Shown: piece after piece, positions 24,648 to 30,408 of the stretch | Layout: every line of letters starts with the position of its first letter | Position numbering within the stretch: the first letter of the stretch is position 1 | Source: Lachnospiraceae bacterium | GTDB lineage: Bacteria; Bacillota; Clostridia; Lachnospirales; Lachnospiraceae | Length of the DNA stretch: 30,408 nt | Direction of reading: 5' to 3' | NCBI GenBank assembly: GCA_024403585.1 | Contig: JAKSRN010000001.1 | Coordinates: forward strand, 1-30,408 | The notes under the pieces: generated by a model | Seen by the model: the letters and a program-made list of their open reading frames with translations, nothing else | Database searches by the model: none | What the model was told of the DNA's origin: nothing | Translations under genes and position numbers: made by a program

Positions 24648-27600
24648 GTGTTGAAACGACGTAACAAATGGTTAAGTCTGCTGCTGACGGCATGCCTGAC
24701 ACTGAGTTGTTCTACTGCTGCATATGCGGATCCTGGACCTGCACAGAGTGATGCTGAGACGATCAGCGTTTCTGAAACTGCAGAAGAAACGGATGTGGAT
24801 GCTGCTGAGCCGGCAGAGGAGATAACAGAGGAGACAGAGGAAGTCGTTGAGGCTCCTGAGATGCTGACAGAAGAGCCGACTGTTGACTGGAAAGATCACG
24901 GTGACGGCCTGATCGATCTGTCCATGAAAAACTACACCAGAGGATCTGATGTAAAAGAACTTCGATACTATGTTTGGAGTGAGAAAAACGGTCAGGATGA
25001 TCTGAAAGCTCATAAAGCAGATGACAGTAATTTCTACCAGATGAATACACAGGATCATAAGGATGATCTGGGTGATTATCATGTGCATGTGTATGAGGTA
25101 CTGTCGAATGATTCTCTCAGATTAGTATGTAAATTTGTTGGGAATGTAGCTTCCATCGACCGACCGGTTCCGACTCTGATCGTTGAGGACAAGGACGGAG
25201 AGGAGAAGACATTCTCTTTATCCTTTAAAAATTACAGCCCTGCATCAGATGTGGAGAATGTCAGAGTTGCGATCTGGAGTGAAAAAGGTGGTCAGGATGA
25301 TCTGAAGTGGTATACCTTTGATTCTAAAGATGGAAATCTGACTTATGATTTCAAACCGGCACCACACAAAACAGCCGGTCTTTATCACCTGCATGTCTAT
25401 GAAGCAAAAAAAGGCGGAGCTCTGAAATTTGTTGCTAAATCCACCCTGGAGGTATCTGTTGCCAAGGAGGGAACCGTTACTGTCAGTGATCTTGATCAGA
25501 AGAAGGGTACCTGCAAGATCACAATCACAGGTGTAACATGTCCATCCGGCATTACAAAGGTTGAATTCCCGTCCTGGAGCAAATTTGATCAGTCTGATCT
25601 TGTATGGTATCAGGCAACTGCAGAGGAAGATGGCAGTTATACAGCAACACTGGATGTTTCCAAACACAAAAACAATCTGGGAACTTATCAGATCCATGCA
25701 TATGCTGTGAACGGAAACGGAATCCAGAGTCTGGTCGGAAAGACCACAGCAACCTTTAAGGTTGATACAGCTACTGTTACAGCAGTTAAGGATTCTGAGT
25801 CTGTGATTCTGGAAACACAGGATATTGGTGTTCCGGGAGGACTTTCTGCTGTTCGTTATGCAGTTTGGAGCGAAGAGAAAGGACAGGATGATCTGCAGTG
25901 GTTTGAGACTGCTTGCCAGGCAGCCACAGCGTCTGCAAAATATACCATCTCTTCTTTTAAAGGCTTTAAGCACTTTGGTGTATATCAGGTACACTGCTAT
26001 GGTGTAGCTAAGAACGGAAATCTTGTTTTACTGGGTACAACATCTTTTGAAGTTGAAAAACCGGCACTGGATGATATGAAGATCACTCTGGATAATGCAA
26101 AGGGTGAATTCACAATCGTTCTCAGTGGTCTGAAGAGTGACACTGGAATCACTAAAGTGCAGATCCCTGTATGGAGTGCAAAAGATCAGAATGATCTGGT
26201 ATGGTATACCGCAACCAAGGATGCATCCGGAAACTATACTGTTAAATCTACGATCGCAAAACATAAATATAATGTTGCAACCTATACCGCACATGTATAT
26301 GTGACAGAGACCAATGGTCTTACCTCCTTCCTTAAAGGAGATACGTTTACATTCGAGAAAACCTGTGATGGTGTAGAGGTTGGTGCAGGCACCAACCAGA
26401 AGACATTCCCGATCACTGCTAAAAATATTTCTATTCCGTTAGGAGCAAAATCAGTTACTGCTGCTGTATGGAGTGACAAGGATGGGCAGAATGATCTGAA
26501 ATGGTATACACTGACCGGAACAAACGGTGGTGATTACAAAGGAACTATTGATATCAGCAACCATAAGACCCAGGGTAATTATCAGGTACATGTGTATGCC
26601 AATACATTAGGCGGAACCAATGTATTCCTTGGCAATACAACATTTACAGTTAACAGTACTGCAAAGGCAACTGCTACAGTTGTTTCAGAAGAGCCATCCA
26701 ATGGCTGCTTTAACCTGAAGATCACAATCACAGATGCCAATTCAGCTGTTTCCAAGCTGGAGGTTCCAATCTGGACCAAAGGAGATCAGAGTGATATTTA
26801 CTGGTATACAGCTACAAAACAGAGTGACGGCACTTATTCCTGCAAGGTGAATATTGCAAATCATAAGCTGAATCTTGGAAACTTTGTGATCCACATGTAT
26901 CCAACCTTTACCAACGGAATTAGGATTGCTGCGGGTACTACATCCTATAACTTTAATCCTCCGAATGTTCTTGCTGTGACAAAACCTGCTAACGGAAGCA
27001 GAAAAGTGACACTGAAGAATGCCGGTGCTGCAAGCAAGGTACAGTTTGCTGTATGGAGTGATGATAAGGGTCAGGATGACCTGGTATGGTACAGTGGAAC
27101 AAAACAGAGTGACGGAAGCTGGACAGCGACCATTAAATCACTCAATCATAAGAGTGCAGGAAACTATCAGCTCCATTGTTATGTGAATGATAAGATGACC
27201 TGCGCAACTACTTTTAGTTTCGCTCAGAGTGAGATGGCTAAGCAGGGCTGGTACTACGAGAATGGATACAAGTTCTATTATAAGGACGGTAAAAAACTGA
27301 CCAACCTGACTTCCATCATCGGAGCACAGGGTTCTTATGTGGCAAAGGTTAACAGAACAACCTGTACGATCACAATCTATGCGGATGACCCGAATAGTAA
27401 AAAGGGGTATATTATTCCGGTTATTGCATTTACCTGTTCTGTAGGTCTGCCAAATACACCTACAACACCAGGAACACACTATACTTTTGTAAAATACAGA
27501 TGGAAAGAGCTGATGGGTCCATCCTATGGACAGTATGCTACTAAGTTTACCAGTGATGGTATCTACTTCCATTCTGTAGCAGGATTCAATACCACAAGTT

Positions 27601-27821
27601 ATAACCTCAATTATATCGATTATAACAATCTGGGAATTCCTGCATCTCATGGATGCGTACGTCTTTGTGTACGTGATGCAAAATGGATCTATGATAACTG
27701 TCCATTAGGTATGAAGGTCATTGTATATGACAGCGGTGATCCGGGACCATACGGAAAACCGGCAACAATCAAGATTCCACCGGGACAGACATGGGATCCA
27801 ACTGATCCGGCAATACAGTAA
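24648..27821 (+). CDS. Secreted L,D-transpeptidase (YkuD family) with 8 Bsp-like repeats, 1057 aa
   Basis: Signal peptide (AYA|D), acidic linker, 8 repeats, a GWYYENGYKFYY segment, then KVNRTTCTITIY...CSVG...TP..G...FHSV...LGIPASHGCVRL (catalytic His/Cys). SD AAGGAGG; start GTG 24648 or TTG 24651. Confidence 0.92.
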   Translation: MLKRRNKWLSLLLTACLTLSCSTAAYADPGPAQSDAETISVSETAEETDVDAAEPAEEITEETEEVVEAPEMLTEEPTVDWKDHGDGLIDLSMKNYTRGSDVKELRYYVWSEKNGQDDLKAHKADDSNFYQMNTQDHKDDLGDYHVHVYEVLSNDSLRLVCKFVGNVASIDRPVPTLIVEDKDGEEKTFSLSFKNYSPASDVENVRVAIWSEKGGQDDLKWYTFDSKDGNLTYDFKPAPHKTAGLYHLHVYEAKKGGALKFVAKSTLEVSVAKEGTVTVSDLDQKKGTCKITITGVTCPSGITKVEFPSWSKFDQSDLVWYQATAEEDGSYTATLDVSKHKNNLGTYQIHAYAVNGNGIQSLVGKTTATFKVDTATVTAVKDSESVILETQDIGVPGGLSAVRYAVWSEEKGQDDLQWFETACQAATASAKYTISSFKGFKHFGVYQVHCYGVAKNGNLVLLGTTSFEVEKPALDDMKITLDNAKGEFTIVLSGLKSDTGITKVQIPVWSAKDQNDLVWYTATKDASGNYTVKSTIAKHKYNVATYTAHVYVTETNGLTSFLKGDTFTFEKTCDGVEVGAGTNQKTFPITAKNISIPLGAKSVTAAVWSDKDGQNDLKWYTLTGTNGGDYKGTIDISNHKTQGNYQVHVYANTLGGTNVFLGNTTFTVNSTAKATATVVSEEPSNGCFNLKITITDANSAVSKLEVPIWTKGDQSDIYWYTATKQSDGTYSCKVNIANHKLNLGNFVIHMYPTFTNGIRIAAGTTSYNFNPPNVLAVTKPANGSRKVTLKNAGAASKVQFAVWSDDKGQDDLVWYSGTKQSDGSWTATIKSLNHKSAGNYQLHCYVNDKMTCATTFSFAQSEMAKQGWYYENGYKFYYKDGKKLTNLTSIIGAQGSYVAKVNRTTCTITIYADDPNSKKGYIIPVIAFTCSVGLPNTPTTPGTHYTFVKYRWKELMGPSYGQYATKFTSDGIYFHSVAGFNTTSYNLNYIDYNNLGIPASHGCVRLCVRDAKWIYDNCPLGMKVIVYDSGDPGPYGKPATIKIPPGQTWDPTDPAIQ
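24910..27192 (+). repeat. Array of 8 Bsp-like repeats (approximate bounds)
   Basis: Cores: WSEKNGQDDL, WSEKGGQDDL, WSKFDQSDL, WSEEKGQDDL, WSAKDQNDL, WSDKDGQNDL, WTKGDQSDI, WSDDKGQDDL. Confidence 0.88.
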
Positions 27822-27828
27822 TAAATAA

Positions 27829-27869
27829 GGGGGGAGTGGACTTAAAGTCCAGTCCCCCTATGCTTTTTT
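27829..27869 (+). terminator. Intrinsic terminator after the L,D-transpeptidase gene
   Basis: gggggga-g-tggact / taa / agtcca-g-tccccct stem with one mismatch, followed by gctttttt. Confidence 0.8.
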
Positions 27870-27898
27870 GACAAAAGTTTTTAGACTGGAGATGAATG

Positions 27899-30408
27899 AT
27901 GAGTAAGAGGAAAACATGGAAACAGATGATGGCAGGAATGCTGACGGCTGTCACGATTCTCGGAAGTATGCCTTCTCCTGTTTTTGCTGCTCTTCCTGAG
28001 GAAAACCAGGAAACAGAGCTGCGATCGGTGCAGGCGGATGGAGGACCGGAAGAAGAGGATTTGGCTACAGATATTTCTGTGACAGAAGAAACAGAAGTAA
28101 AAGAAGATATTTCCGATGGTGAAGAAATTCCTGAAGAGGAAGCAGATCATGCGGTTGTTTCTGAGGTAGAACAGGAAGAAAGCTATTCTGAAACACAGAC
28201 CGTGGAAGAATTGTCTGTGGGAGATCCGGTGGTTGTATGTGATCCCGTGGATCCTGTTACAGGAAAATTTACCATCAGAGTCAGGAACTGCCAGCTTTCT
28301 GCAGGAGATCAGATTCTTGTTCCGGTATGGCAGGAAGCGAAGCAGAAGGATCTTGTATGGAATACAGCAGTTCGTGAAGGTGAGGAGTATGTTGTTCGTG
28401 AGACCACGGCTGCCCATGGATATCTGACAGGGGAATATCAGATCCACGTTTACAGGAAAAACAGTGTGGGACAGATGACATTTCTTGCAAAGACTGCTGT
28501 CCGGATCATACCGGAGGCGGAGGGAATCTCCACAGAGAGAGCAGGAAACCAGGTCTATGCCACCCTCACAGGTGTAAAATTATACGATACCTCTGACTCT
28601 GTACAGCTGGCTGTCTGGAGCGAGACGAACGGACAGGATGATCTTGTCTGGGAGACTGCCAAGAGGCAGAGCGACGGGAGCTGGAAAGCAACAATCCCTT
28701 TGAGTAAACATACAGGTACAGGTATTTGTCATGTACATGCCTATGCATTTACCAGGACAGGGGTTCCGGTATGCTTAAAGAAAACAACTTTTCAGCTGGG
28801 AGGAATCTCTGCTGACAGTATTAAGGCGACAACACCTGATCCTTCCACAGGTGAATTTACAGTTACGATTTCCGGAATTACAGCTCCTGCGGGAATTGCA
28901 AAGATCCAGGTGCCGATCTGGTCTAAGCCGGATCAGAGTGATATCTACTGGTATACGGCAGAGAAACAGGGCGATGCTTACATAGCAAGATGCAATCTCT
29001 CAAAACACAGAAATAATACGGGAACCTATCAGATCCACGTCTATCTTACAGATCTGAGCGGATACAGAAGTTTTCTGACTATGACTACGATGAAAGCGGA
29101 GTCTTTGGGGGCATTGGAAGTTACAAATTTTGCTGCCGCTGTAAGCAACGGTACTTTTACATTAAGTGCTGATAAGATCACTGCTCCTTTTTCTGTTAAA
29201 ACAGTCAGTATTGCTGTTTGGAACAAGGCAGACCAGAGTGATCTTGTATGGTATACACCGGTAAAGGACGGAGAGCGATATATAGTAAACTCTTCTATTG
29301 CAAAACACAAATTCCATACAGGTACCTATCAGGCCCATCTTTATCTGCAGAACAGTGAAGGCAAGATGGTATTCGGCGGGAAAACAAGTTTCTCTGCTGC
29401 ATTGGATTATCCGTCATTGAAGGTAGTGACTTCTGCAGACCAGACAAGTGTTCAGGCAATTCTCAGTAATCTTCAGACACCTGATCGAGGCGGTGTGGTT
29501 CGATTTGCTGTCTGGAGTGAAGAGAATGGCCAGGATGATCTCAGATGGTATACAGCAGCAGGACCGGAAGGAAATCAGACCGCAACCATTCCGGTTGCAA
29601 ACCATCGTTCCACAGGAGCCTGCCAGATCCACGCCTATGTATTCTGGCCGGATAACTCCTATTGCCTGATCGGTAAAACAACCTTTACCGTGGCAAATGC
29701 TGCTGTGAATGCAGTAAAGGTCAGCAATGTGGATCACACAAAAGGAAGTTTTACCATTACAGTGACTGCAGCAGATGCCAGTGGAATTGACTATGTGAGA
29801 ACTGCTGTATGGAGCAAAGCAGACCAGAGTAATCTGGTATGGTATAAAGGTGTGCAGCAGACAGACGGAAGCTGGACTGCTTCCATGCAGATTGAAAATC
29901 ATAAAGGTCTGTACGGAGTCTATCATGTGCATGCTTATGCAGTGATGAAGGATGGCAGCAGCAAACTGCTGGCTGTCACAGATACTGAATTGAAGGAAAG
30001 CAACCGGTTTGTTTCTGAAAAGCTTTCTGAAGATACGATCAGACTCACGATCTACAGTCCGAATCTGAATGGGAAAACCGCAGAATCCGTTGTGTTCCCA
30101 ACCTGGAGTCAGACCAACGGACAGGATGATCTGGTCTGGTATAAGGGTGTGAAACAGGCGGACGGCAGTTATCAGGTGACCGTTAAGCAGGAAAACCATA
30201 AACATGACGGTGTGTTTTACACGCATGTGTATGTAAAATATGCAGGTGAAGAAAAACTGGTGCAGGCAACCAGCTACACACTGGCAAAATCTGTAACACA
30301 GGTCAGAGAACTGGATGCTGAGGCACTCGCGGTTATGCGTAATATCCTCTATGCCGTAGAGACCGGCGGACAGGTATATGGAAGAAAGCAGTATGACAAT
30401 TTTACAGA
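27899..30408 (+). CDS. Secreted protein with 7 Bsp-like repeats, 3'-truncated at the start of a probable cell-wall-enzyme domain (more than 836 aa; absent from the ORF track)
   Basis: Translated by hand in frame 2 with no stop up to the window end. MSKRKTWKQMMAGMLTAVTILGSMPSPVFA signal peptide, acidic linker, 7 repeats, then MRNILYAVETGGQVYGRKQYDNFT. SD GGAG at 27888-27891; alternative ATG at 27896. Confidence 0.9.
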   Translation, partial: MSKRKTWKQMMAGMLTAVTILGSMPSPVFAALPEENQETELRSVQADGGPEEEDLATDISVTEETEVKEDISDGEEIPEEEADHAVVSEVEQEESYSETQTVEELSVGDPVVVCDPVDPVTGKFTIRVRNCQLSAGDQILVPVWQEAKQKDLVWNTAVREGEEYVVRETTAAHGYLTGEYQIHVYRKNSVGQMTFLAKTAVRIIPEAEGISTERAGNQVYATLTGVKLYDTSDSVQLAVWSETNGQDDLVWETAKRQSDGSWKATIPLSKHTGTGICHVHAYAFTRTGVPVCLKKTTFQLGGISADSIKATTPDPSTGEFTVTISGITAPAGIAKIQVPIWSKPDQSDIYWYTAEKQGDAYIARCNLSKHRNNTGTYQIHVYLTDLSGYRSFLTMTTMKAESLGALEVTNFAAAVSNGTFTLSADKITAPFSVKTVSIAVWNKADQSDLVWYTPVKDGERYIVNSSIAKHKFHTGTYQAHLYLQNSEGKMVFGGKTSFSAALDYPSLKVVTSADQTSVQAILSNLQTPDRGGVVRFAVWSEENGQDDLRWYTAAGPEGNQTATIPVANHRSTGACQIHAYVFWPDNSYCLIGKTTFTVANAAVNAVKVSNVDHTKGSFTITVTAADASGIDYVRTAVWSKADQSNLVWYKGVQQTDGSWTASMQIENHKGLYGVYHVHAYAVMKDGSSKLLAVTDTELKESNRFVSEKLSEDTIRLTIYSPNLNGKTAESVVFPTWSQTNGQDDLVWYKGVKQADGSYQVTVKQENHKHDGVFYTHVYVKYAGEEKLVQATSYTLAKSVTQVRELDAEALAVMRNILYAVETGGQVYGRKQYDNFT
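28270..30285 (+). repeat. Array of 7 Bsp-like repeats (approximate bounds)
   Basis: Cores: WQEAKQKDLVW, WSETNGQDDLVW, WSKPDQSDIYW, WNKADQSDLVW, WSEENGQDDLRW, WSKADQSNLVW, WSQTNGQDDLVW. Confidence 0.86.

Noticed and set aside
83-30226. Many long opposite-strand or alternative-frame ORFs in the track (e.g. 3905-4609, 4763-5545, 7258-8145, 11259-12188, 19597-20436, 25245-25994, 29414-30226)
   Set aside because: Each lies wholly or almost wholly within a well-supported gene, lacks family motifs and a clear SD, and reads like an antisense shadow.
13600-30285. Recurring DNA words such as caggatgatctg and cagagtgatcttgtatggta resembling a CRISPR or dispersed repeat
   Set aside because: They are the coding cores of Bsp repeats, in frame and about 250-330 bp apart, with synonymous variation. 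No cas genes and no spacer-length periodicity.
1-30408. A complete polysaccharide export pathway (Wzm/Wzt or Wzx/Wzy) and rmlABC
   Set aside because: Not present in the window. They probably lie upstream of rmlD, but this cannot be shown here, so the rhamnan identity of the polymer remains an inference.

Overview
30.4-kb cell-envelope glycopolymer locus from a Gram-positive Firmicute. Protein families and sigma-A/SD signals suggest Clostridia, probably Lachnospiraceae-like (inference). Left to right: (1) 5'-truncated rmlD; (2) a ~7.3-kb block bounded by a 15-bp direct repeat, with a minus-strand YfhO-family GT-C and a divergent operon for an ATP-grasp/PLP (D-cysteine desulfhydrase/ACC deaminase family) fusion, an ArnE/F-like SMR pair and WecE/RffA; (3) three GT2 glycosyltransferases and an LCP ligase; (4) a Bsp-repeat + DUF5722-like clan GH-A hydrolase, a secreted acidic protein and an OpgB/LtaS-like phosphoglycerol transferase with Bsp repeats; (5) a GT-C-like/GtrB-like/acyltransferase-3/GtrA module; (6) a Bsp-repeat L,D-transpeptidase behind a WalR-type box; (7) a 3'-truncated Bsp-repeat protein missing from the ORF track. 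The best candidates for new biology are a Bsp-repeat/rhamnan surface-display system co-encoded with its polymer (about 24 repeats on 4 different enzymes) and a putative pathway in which an ATP-grasp-PLP fusion acylates a 4-amino-6-deoxysugar that is then flipped and attached to the wall. All family calls come from motif recognition by eye; no database searches were run. No rRNA, tRNA, CRISPR array, transposase or integrase was seen.
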